Positions 9,180 to 16,097 of a stretch of 20,000 nucleotides of DNA are shown here, piece by piece (the stretch's first letter is position 1; every line of letters starts with the position of its first letter). Source of the stretch: an uncultured virus (IMG/VR IMGVR_UViG_3300014911_000629) (Duplodnaviria; Heunggongvirae; Uroviricota; Caudoviricetes); IMG/VR virus record IMGVR_UViG_3300014911_000629, one strand, 5' to 3'. Below the pieces are notes generated by a model. That model made no database searches. It saw only the letters and a list, made by a program, of their open reading frames with translations, and was not told where the DNA came from. Both the position numbers and the translations under genes were made by a program.

Positions 9180-9780
9180 AAAGCATATCCTTGATACGGT
9201 AAGGCGTGAATATGTGCCTCCAGATGATAGGATATGGGTAACGGAGATACTGTATTGTTTGAGAAAGGCATGGTTTAGAAGAAAGATGCCGAAACCGATG
9301 GACATACATTCAGCATGGCACTTGTATAGAGGGATAATATTTCATAATGTATGGGAAAGTTTATATGATGACAAGGACAAAAAGATAGAGATACCAATTT
9401 ATAACACAGGTGCAGTTTTAGTTGCCAAATATGATTTTATTGAGGGAGATACCATCTATGACCTGAAATGGGTTGCAGATGGTTATGAGAAATTTTTAGT
9501 CCAGCGTGGAGCAAGCAAGCCACATAAGGAGCAGGTTCAAATTTATTTACATGCAAAAGGGATGAAAAAAGGCGGTTTGATTTATTTAATGAGCAAGAGC
9601 GTTAAAATATTTGAATTTGAACTTGAGGATGATTTTGATATAAATGAATTTTTGAAAAGGGCTTTACTTCTATGGGATGCTTTAAAAACGAATACTCCTG
9701 CACCTAAAACTCCCCATCCTCATGAATGTAGATACTGCGAATATAAGGACGAGTGTATAAAGGTGGAAAAGCATGTATAA
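9136..9780 (+). CDS. Solo Cas4-like PD-(D/E)xK exonuclease with Fe-S cluster ligands
   Basis: N-terminal Cys (YCLRKAW), RGIIFH, YDFI...YDLK, QVQIY and C-terminal CRYCEYKDEC (C-x2-C-x5-C). No other cas genes or array in the window. Confidence 0.88.
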   Translation: MVIVKGIERLPERIKKHILDTVRREYVPPDDRIWVTEILYCLRKAWFRRKMPKPMDIHSAWHLYRGIIFHNVWESLYDDKDKKIEIPIYNTGAVLVAKYDFIEGDTIYDLKWVADGYEKFLVQRGASKPHKEQVQIYLHAKGMKKGGLIYLMSKSVKIFEFELEDDFDINEFLKRALLLWDALKTNTPAPKTPHPHECRYCEYKDECIKVEKHV

Positions 9781-10084
9781 CGGAGTAAATAAATGGATAA
9801 AGTTGAGCGAATATATGCGAACTGCAATAATAAGAGGATGCACAGATGAGGAAAAATTGAAAAGATTAGCACTGCGACACGCTTGGTATCTATTTGGAAA
9901 TGAGGACGGAACTGTAATAGACAAAAAACTTGAGGAGGAAATAAGGGCATTTATCAGCAGTTTTATCTGGCAGATAAAGGAGGAAGTGAGAAAGGGAGGA
10001 GAGCCGTATAAGAATATTGATTTGAATGTTGTCAGGGTTAGATTGATAGAGGCGAGAATTGGGGATAAAATTTATAAACGGTAA
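9773..10084 (+). CDS. Hypothetical protein
   Basis: 103 aa ORF overlapping the Cas4-like gene stop. Confidence 0.7.
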   Translation: MYNGVNKWIKLSEYMRTAIIRGCTDEEKLKRLALRHAWYLFGNEDGTVIDKKLEEEIRAFISSFIWQIKEEVRKGGEPYKNIDLNVVRVRLIEARIGDKIYKR

Positions 10085-10107
10085 TTGTATATATATTTGG
10101 GGATACA

Positions 10108-10941
10108 ATGCTTGGAGAACTCTATTATCCGAAAGGGCAGGCATTAGAAACTGCACAGGCAGTGCTTGAGGTAGAGAAACCTATGGCTGTCAATGTGGCT
10201 TATGGATGCGTAAATAAATGTGCTTATTGTTTTGGAAGGAAAATATATGGAAAGGATATGAAGGTGAGATTTCCAAAAAAGCATCCATTATTTCTTGTTG
10301 AAAATCAGTTGAAAAAGGGAATAAAGCCAGAGGGTGTTTTTATTTCTTTCATGACCGACCCTTTTATGAAAGTGAGTTTGAACATTGAACTTGAAAGTGG
10401 TTTTAGGGTAACTTGGTTGGATAAAGTAACAGTAGAACTTGTTGAACATCTGCTTTTTAATGGCATAAAAGTTGCCTTGCTAACAAAAACAGGTTACCCT
10501 TTAACTGATTTTGGGAGAATATGCAGGAGATATGGAACAGAGAATTTGATACTTGGAACAACAGTTGTCTCCACAAAGAAGGAATGGTATGAAAAATTTG
10601 AGCCAAATGCCACAAAGCCAAATGAACGCATAAAGAACCTGAAAGAGTTACATGATTTGGGATTTAAAACATGGTTATCTTTTGAGCCAGACCCACCGCC
10701 AGCAATATTTAAGCATGACCCCATAAGAGATGTTTTGCATAAATGTGCATTTGTGGATTTGGTAGTGTATGGTAAGATGAACTATTTGAAGGGGAGCAAT
10801 ACAAGGGAGGCAAGACAATACTATGCGGAACAAATCCCTGAAATAGAGAAATTCTGCAAGGAGCATAATATTAAATTGCATGTAAAGAAGAAGACCATAG
10901 AATTTGTGAAAAATGTAAAAAATGTAAAAAAGGAGGGATAA
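10108..10941 (+). CDS. Radical SAM protein (spore photoproduct lyase-like/COG1533-like)
   Basis: GCVNKCAYC (CxxxCxxC), FISFMTDPF, LLTK, FEPNATKPNERIKNLKELHDLG, WLSFEP. Confidence 0.88.
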   Translation: MLGELYYPKGQALETAQAVLEVEKPMAVNVAYGCVNKCAYCFGRKIYGKDMKVRFPKKHPLFLVENQLKKGIKPEGVFISFMTDPFMKVSLNIELESGFRVTWLDKVTVELVEHLLFNGIKVALLTKTGYPLTDFGRICRRYGTENLILGTTVVSTKKEWYEKFEPNATKPNERIKNLKELHDLGFKTWLSFEPDPPPAIFKHDPIRDVLHKCAFVDLVVYGKMNYLKGSNTREARQYYAEQIPEIEKFCKEHNIKLHVKKKTIEFVKNVKNVKKEG

Positions 10942-10943
10942 AG

Positions 10944-11750
10944 ATGGTTGTTGTGCAAACCGATTTATGGAGTTTAAGAAATGCGTTTGAAAAGGCGTAT
11001 GAATTGATGGATGATGAAATACCGTTGATATTCAAACAAGGAAAATTGCTGATGAACTTTGTAGAGCCAAGCCATGTGGTATATACCTCAATGGAGTTGA
11101 AAACGAAGGGCAGAATAAGGAAGGAAGTAAAGATGATGCTTGAAATGGAGCATATATGCGATGTGCTGAAAAAAATACCTACAAGAAGAAGTAAAAACAA
11201 GGATGACCCTGAAAAGTTTGTATCAATAGGAATTGCTGAAGGTTTAATTAAATTTGTGCATCCAAAAATAACAATCCACAAAGCATATATACCTGAAGAA
11301 AACGTGGATAATGAAAGAGCATTCAAACCAATGTCAAATGATTTATTGAATGAACTCCTTGACCATAAAATTGTAGCACCTGTTAATACGAAGCAGTTGC
11401 AGTTATTTATAAAGATTGCAAATAAATTGAGTAAAACTTTTTGTCCTGCTATAAAATTCATCTATGATAGCGAGAAGTTGGTTGTCAAATATGGAGATGA
11501 GTTTGAAAAAATAGAGAGCGTGCTGGCTAATGGTTCTGACATTGTTGTAAAAGAATTGACAGCACCAATATACAAATTGAATATTAGCCCATTATACCTG
11601 TCTGCTGTTTTAAATAAAATAAAATGTCCATCCATAGATTTAGGTTTTAGCGGTGCAACAGGTGCAGGATGCCTTACTGTAAAATGGAAGGAAAATGAAT
11701 GGTTAAAAGGATATAGCATAATAGCAGGAATGAGAGAGGAGGAAGAATGA
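10944..11750 (+). CDS. Divergent PCNA-like DNA sliding clamp
   Basis: 268 aa. N-terminal LRNAFEKAYELMDDEIPLIF...NFVEPSHVVYTSMEL matches the PCNA A(M/L)DPSHV motif region; C-terminal YLSAVLNKI...IDLGF...YSIIAGMREEEE matches the PCNA end. Confidence 0.72.
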   Translation: MVVVQTDLWSLRNAFEKAYELMDDEIPLIFKQGKLLMNFVEPSHVVYTSMELKTKGRIRKEVKMMLEMEHICDVLKKIPTRRSKNKDDPEKFVSIGIAEGLIKFVHPKITIHKAYIPEENVDNERAFKPMSNDLLNELLDHKIVAPVNTKQLQLFIKIANKLSKTFCPAIKFIYDSEKLVVKYGDEFEKIESVLANGSDIVVKELTAPIYKLNISPLYLSAVLNKIKCPSIDLGFSGATGAGCLTVKWKENEWLKGYSIIAGMREEEE

Positions 11751-11917
11751 AGGGAAAAATATTTTTGGTGGAAGGGGAGGCAAAAATTGAGATATGGAGA
11801 GAGGCATGGATGCTTGATAGAAATGTTGATGCAGGAGGATACTGTGAGATATGCAACAGAAGATTTGACAAGGTAAGGGATTTGATAATACACTTCATAA
11901 GCATGCATGACAGGTGA
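11747..11917 (+). CDS. Classical C2H2 zinc finger protein (56 aa, not in ORF track)
   Basis: YCEICNRRFDKVRDLIIHFISMH = Y-C-x2-C-x3-F-x5-L-x2-H-x4-H; ATGA overlap with the PCNA-like stop. Confidence 0.85.
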   Translation: MKGKIFLVEGEAKIEIWREAWMLDRNVDAGGYCEICNRRFDKVRDLIIHFISMHDR

Positions 11918-11921
11918 TAGC

Positions 11922-12194
11922 ATGTTCGAGAGCAAATTTGAAAAAAGAATGAGAAGAATTAAAGCAATATCCATATTCATACTTGGTTTTTTGCTTGGAG
12001 GATGGCTTGAAAGAGATTATGGGGCTTATGATATGATGTTATCATGGTTTGTAGAACATCAATATTTGTTTGAATGGGGCTTAATTTTACTGGCAATTAT
12101 TTCGGGAGCGGTGCTTGTTATCGCAGTTATTTATGTTGAAGTGAAAAGGTATATGTTGAAAAAGAAGGAGGTTGGTAAAAATGGAGGAAAATAA
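11922..12194 (+). CDS. Small membrane protein (2 TM)
   Basis: Two hydrophobic segments; AGGTGA RBS. Confidence 0.75.
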   Translation: MFESKFEKRMRRIKAISIFILGFLLGGWLERDYGAYDMMLSWFVEHQYLFEWGLILLAIISGAVLVIAVIYVEVKRYMLKKKEVGKNGGK

Positions 12195-12381
12195 AGAGGA
12201 AAATAAAATTGAAATAAAAAGGTGTCCAAAATGTGGAAGTGCAAGAATAGATAGCGATATGGATGATGTTCCAGATGAATTGGAAAGATTTACAATTTAT
12301 TACTGGTGTGAAGATTGTGGTTATGAGTGGGAAGAATATATGGATTGTCCAGATTGGTGGTGGGAAGAAGAAGATGAGTAA
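12181..12381 (+). CDS. Acidic zinc-ribbon protein, TFS/TFIIS C-terminal-like
   Basis: CPKCG...PDELERFTIYYWCEDCGYEWEE; GGAGG RBS. Confidence 0.65.
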   Translation: MEENKEENKIEIKRCPKCGSARIDSDMDDVPDELERFTIYYWCEDCGYEWEEYMDCPDWWWEEEDE

Positions 12382-12395
12382 AGAAAGGTGAAAAA

Positions 12396-12614
12396 ATGGA
12401 GGAAAAGGAGAAGGAGGAAATTAAGAATGTTATAGATTATCTGTATGGGATGTGGAGAGACATAGATATGTTTTTCAATGAGCATGGAAAGAGCAAATGC
12501 AATGAGGAATACAAGACAGTAAGCAGTAATCTATTGGCAAGGTTGAAATATCAATTGGAGCAGGCACAAAATATGTTAAAGAAAGTGATAGGTGAGGAAG
12601 ATGGCAAGGCGTAG
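12396..12614 (+). CDS. Small helical hypothetical protein
   Basis: 72 aa ORF, AGGTGA RBS. Confidence 0.7.
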   Translation: MEEKEKEEIKNVIDYLYGMWRDIDMFFNEHGKSKCNEEYKTVSSNLLARLKYQLEQAQNMLKKVIGEEDGKA

Positions 12615-12795
12615 GAGAGAGAACCCACCACACTGGTATTTCCCTATAAGTTATGAAGAAATGCATAGAAGAAGAATGGCTAACATAGATAGAGCATTGA
12701 AGAAGATAGGAATGACAAGGAAGAAGTTGAATGAAAAGTATAAGCATCTGGAAAATAGAAATAAAAGGAGTGGGAAAAGAAAAAGGAGGAGATGA
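12601..12795 (+). CDS. Small highly basic hypothetical protein
   Basis: MARRRRENPPHWYF...KRKRRR; GGTGAGG RBS. Confidence 0.65.
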   Translation: MARRRRENPPHWYFPISYEEMHRRRMANIDRALKKIGMTRKKLNEKYKHLENRNKRSGKRKRRR

Positions 12796-12799
12796 TAAA

Positions 12800-12952
12800 A
12801 TGGAGTGGGATGATGAATGGATGGATGAGGATGAAGAACCCGAATGTTTGGGAAATTATATACTTGGAGATGAAACATGCGAATTTAGATGCGAATGGAG
12901 AGATATATGTATGGAACTGTCGGGGTTAAAAGAGGAAAGGAGGAGAAAATGA
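12800..12952 (+). CDS. Small acidic four-Cys protein
   Basis: MEWDDEWMDEDEEPECLG...TCEFRCEWRDIC; GGAGGAGATGA RBS. Confidence 0.65.
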   Translation: MEWDDEWMDEDEEPECLGNYILGDETCEFRCEWRDICMELSGLKEERRRK

Positions 12953-13200
12953 AAATAGATGTAGAAAAAGTAAAAGAATGCAAGCAACTTTATGATAAAG
13001 CGTATAAATTACTTGATGAAATTGAGAAGGAAATAAGGGAAATATTACCAGAGGATGATGACTTTATATTCCGTGAGGATACTTTTGAACCTTTCATCTT
13101 TAATCATAAAGGATATTTGGCAAGTTGGCAAACAAGATATGGTTTTGTTCATATAGATAGAGAGGGGAATGTAATCTATAAGAGGAGGATGGAAAAATGA
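12949..13200 (+). CDS. Hypothetical protein
   Basis: ATGA overlap and GGAGGAG RBS; MKIDVEKVKECK... Confidence 0.7.
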   Translation: MKIDVEKVKECKQLYDKAYKLLDEIEKEIREILPEDDDFIFREDTFEPFIFNHKGYLASWQTRYGFVHIDREGNVIYKRRMEK

Positions 13201-13562
13201 GTGGGATGATATATATTCCTTTTAATGAGTGGAGTAAGGAGAGGATAAAGGCAGGCGTAAAAACTGCAACAAGTAGATATAAGAAGTATGGAGAGGCAGG
13301 AGATAGATTTGTTGTTGATGGTGAAATATTTGAACTTGTTGAAGTAGTTAAGATAAAACTTGGGATTGTGGCAGAGTTGCATTACAAGGAGGAAGGAGCA
13401 AAATCACCAGAGGAATTTAAGAAGATATGGATAGACATTCATCCGAAGCGTGGGTTCAGGGCTGATGACATGGTGTGGTTTCACAGATTTAGGAAGGTTG
13501 AAGTTGCAGATTTTACAAATTTTATAAATTTTACATACAAAGGAGGGATGAATAGTGGATGA
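13197..13562 (+). CDS. ASCH domain protein
   Basis: IPFNEWSKERIKAGVKTATSR (GxKxxxxR), GDRF, EEGAKSPEEFKKIW...VWFHRF. Confidence 0.85.
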   Translation: MSGMIYIPFNEWSKERIKAGVKTATSRYKKYGEAGDRFVVDGEIFELVEVVKIKLGIVAELHYKEEGAKSPEEFKKIWIDIHPKRGFRADDMVWFHRFRKVEVADFTNFINFTYKGGMNSG

Positions 13563-14622
13563 AAGGATTGAGAAGGAACTGCGACAAATTGTGATGGAGT
13601 TGTCAGGCATAACAAGGAGGTTGGCGAAGATAGCGGATATGGATGATGAAATTGTGGATATTCTTGAGGAGAAAGATGTGGAGAAGGAGATGCTGGAAAA
13701 AGTTGAAAAAGCAATAGAAAAAGTAAATGAAAAGGAGAAGCAGATTTGCAAAATTGCCAAAGTTATCATGGTTGATGAACCCAACATATACAGCAGAGAT
13801 GAAGCAAAGGTTGTTGTGGTTCTGAAAGCGATAGCAGTAAGCAAATTGGCAGGAATAAGTGAATTTAGATTATCTGTGCTTCTCAAAAGGCATCCAGACC
13901 TTGTTAAGAAACTTGGCAATGTGAAGATAAGGAATTTTTATCATGCAATGAAATACACATCCTTATGGAGATACAGAAACGTGGTTTATTCGCTATTTGG
14001 GATAAGAGTTGAGGAAAATGATGAAAATGTGAGATGCACATACTGTGGAGGAGATGATGTTATAAAGGTTGGTAGCAGGCAGACGGCAAAAAGAGGAAGG
14101 AAGCAGAGATATTACTGCAAAAGTTGTAATAGGAGTTTTGTTCCTGAAAGAGATAAGGAGTTTGTGGAGTATAAAAAGGAGTATAAATATAAGGCGGGCA
14201 TGTTATACTGTGATTTGAACAGCAATCTGCTCCTGAAAGATATTGTGAAAATGATGAGAAATGACTATGGCATAAATGTTAGCACTGCAACAGTTTCAAA
14301 TTGGGTTAATGATTATATATATGAGAACTTGGGCAAATTGACGCAGGCACAGAAAAAGTGGATTGTGATTAAAAAAGTAATAGAACTTGATGGATGGGAG
14401 ATTGATGACATTGTAAAGTTGATAAAGAGCAAGTGGGGATATAAGGTAACACATATAAAGATGATTGACCTTGTTTCTTCATATAGAAAGATAAAGGAAA
14501 ATGATAAGAAGATAAAAGAAATGATTGATAATGGGGTTAAACTCAATGCGATTGCTGAATATCTTGGAGTGCCAAAGGATATGATAAAGTTGTTGTATGG
14601 GAGGGGAGAAAATGGTAAGTAA
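13555..14622 (+). CDS. Multidomain putative DNA-binding protein: coiled coil, InsA-like zinc ribbon and HTH domains
   Basis: CTYCGGDDVIKVG...KQRYYCKSCNRSF followed by LKDIVKMMRNDYGINVSTATVSNWV and a C-terminal LNAIAEYLGV HTH; no DDE domain recognised. Confidence 0.75.
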   Translation: MDERIEKELRQIVMELSGITRRLAKIADMDDEIVDILEEKDVEKEMLEKVEKAIEKVNEKEKQICKIAKVIMVDEPNIYSRDEAKVVVVLKAIAVSKLAGISEFRLSVLLKRHPDLVKKLGNVKIRNFYHAMKYTSLWRYRNVVYSLFGIRVEENDENVRCTYCGGDDVIKVGSRQTAKRGRKQRYYCKSCNRSFVPERDKEFVEYKKEYKYKAGMLYCDLNSNLLLKDIVKMMRNDYGINVSTATVSNWVNDYIYENLGKLTQAQKKWIVIKKVIELDGWEIDDIVKLIKSKWGYKVTHIKMIDLVSSYRKIKENDKKIKEMIDNGVKLNAIAEYLGVPKDMIKLLYGRGENGK

Positions 14623-15118
14623 TAATTGGAAAAAGGTTGAGTATAAGGTTGAGAAGATGCTTGGAGGAAAGCGAGTGCCAGTTAGTGGGAGGGCGAGAGG
14701 ATTTAAGGGAGATGTGGAGCATCCAACATATTTCATTGAAGTGAAGTATGGCACACAGATACCTAAAATAGTGTTGAAATGGCATGAAAGATTGAAGTTT
14801 GCAGAGAGGATTATGGGAGAGGATTTTCTTGGCTTTATAGTGATTTGCAGATTGGAGATACCAAAGAAAATTAAGGAATGGTATGAAAAAACAGTGAAAG
14901 AATGTCTAGAAAGCAAGATACCAATACTTGTGATGAAACCAAGAAATGTGAGGAATGAATTTGTATTATGGAAAATTGCAGGAGATTATTTATTCACCAC
15001 ACTGAAAATATTTGCTGAAAAGGCAAAGGAAAATGACGAATACTTTAAAAAGGTGAAGCAGAAATATTATGGTGCAATAGATAAGATAAAGTTAAGCAGG
15101 GGTGATATAAATGGATGA
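14612..15118 (+). CDS. Hjc-like Holliday junction resolvase / PD-(D/E)xK nuclease
   Basis: WKKVEYKV...RVPVSG...GDV...FIEVK, then IPILVMK. Confidence 0.7.
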   Translation: MVSNNWKKVEYKVEKMLGGKRVPVSGRARGFKGDVEHPTYFIEVKYGTQIPKIVLKWHERLKFAERIMGEDFLGFIVICRLEIPKKIKEWYEKTVKECLESKIPILVMKPRNVRNEFVLWKIAGDYLFTTLKIFAEKAKENDEYFKKVKQKYYGAIDKIKLSRGDING

Positions 15119-15809
15119 AGTATATAAAGTAGTAGAGGTTGTATGGTTGGAAAATCCGCATAAATATGAATATTTAAGAGAAACTACGATTGTTACTGAT
15201 TTTAGAAGCGGAAAGCCATCTAAAAATTGGAGTGATTTATATAGGATAGTTGGATACGAAAATGTAGCAAAAGCAAAAAGCCCATATTACAGGAGAGTGT
15301 GGTGGCTAAAAACATATGACAGAGGTTGTCCTAAAGAATATGAAGGTTATCGCAAAGGCATACCAACAGAAGCAGTTTTAACCAAAAACATAAAAATTTC
15401 AAAGGATGTATATGTTTTAGAGGCATATAAAATTAAAAAGGTAGTAAAGGAGGTTAAAAATGTTAAAGAGGAAAATAGATATTATAACTACTGTGCAATG
15501 AAACATATACCATTTATTATAATCAAAAAGGCAAGAAAATATGGATATTTAATGCTTGATATGCCTTTTGATAAAAAACTAACTAATAATGAACGAGAAT
15601 TGTTGCTCAAATCGGTAGAGAATATGAAGGAAAATTTAAAGCAAAAATATGGTAAAAATTGGAAGGAAATGAAAGACATTATTTTTAAACCAAAACATTT
15701 TGAATATGTAGTTGGTAATAGTTTTGGTTATATAGAAGGATTAAGAATTTATGAATTGAGAATGTTGGCATCAGAATGGCATGATATTCTAAAAGAATAT
15801 TGGGGGTGA
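15111..15809 (+). CDS. DUF6009-like N-terminal domain fused to an unknown C-terminal domain
   Basis: VVWLENP..YEYLRE...RSGKP...RIVGY...YRRVWWLKTYDR...YRKGIPTEAV follows the DUF6009 motif order as recalled. Confidence 0.6.
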   Translation: MDEVYKVVEVVWLENPHKYEYLRETTIVTDFRSGKPSKNWSDLYRIVGYENVAKAKSPYYRRVWWLKTYDRGCPKEYEGYRKGIPTEAVLTKNIKISKDVYVLEAYKIKKVVKEVKNVKEENRYYNYCAMKHIPFIIIKKARKYGYLMLDMPFDKKLTNNERELLLKSVENMKENLKQKYGKNWKEMKDIIFKPKHFEYVVGNSFGYIEGLRIYELRMLASEWHDILKEYWG

Positions 15810-15814
15810 TACAG

Positions 15815-16093
15815 ATGCCGTGTCTGTATATGGGAGAATTGAACGGGAAGAAATATTGCCTTGCTGGAATATGTGATAAGGAAATATGTGATAATGAAGA
15901 AAATTGTGAATTTTATGTTGATTTAGATGCAGTGAAAAAGAAAGGAGTATGGGATAGATTTGGGCGGGAGGTGGAAGGAGAAGGCGATGAAGTCGGTTCG
16001 GGCTTGCCTCCTAAAGAACCTGCTCCTTCTTCTGAAAATTCCCCCCTTATGCCCTTAATAACCGCAGAGCATCCAATTTCCTCCTCCCACTGA
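15815..16093 (+). CDS. Small Cys-rich protein; its Pro/Ser-rich tail may only reflect an underlying structured sequence
   Basis: GGGGGTGA RBS; five Cys in the first 31 aa; composition shifts abruptly after about 15990. Confidence 0.6.
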   Translation: MPCLYMGELNGKKYCLAGICDKEICDNEENCEFYVDLDAVKKKGVWDRFGREVEGEGDEVGSGLPPKEPAPSSENSPLMPLITAEHPISSSH

Positions 16094-16097
16094 TAAT

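Noticed and set aside
9136..9780. CRISPR-Cas locus suggested by the Cas4-like gene
   Set aside because: No cas1, cas2 or effector genes and no regularly spaced repeat-spacer array in the window; solo Cas4 is common in viruses.
13555..14622. Active IS1/IS6 insertion sequence
   Set aside because: No DDE domain, terminal inverted repeats or target duplication seen; the gene is coupled into the operon.
15448..15501. Internal GGAGG plus ATG within the 15111 gene suggesting a separate gene
   Set aside because: The ATG at 15460 is out of frame and closes after 13 codons; at most a scar of a gene fusion.
4071..15980. Similarity between the 4071 protein (DKYGREV, NGKYIC) and the 15815 protein (DRFGREV, NGKKYC)
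   Set aside because: Matches are short and in opposite order; cannot be distinguished from chance by eye.
15983..16096. Fluoride riboswitch, C/D-box sRNA or tRNA fragment (GGCGATG, CTGA and GGTTCG motifs)
   Set aside because: Only isolated motifs match; spacing, pseudoknot, C'/D' boxes and cloverleaf could not be built.
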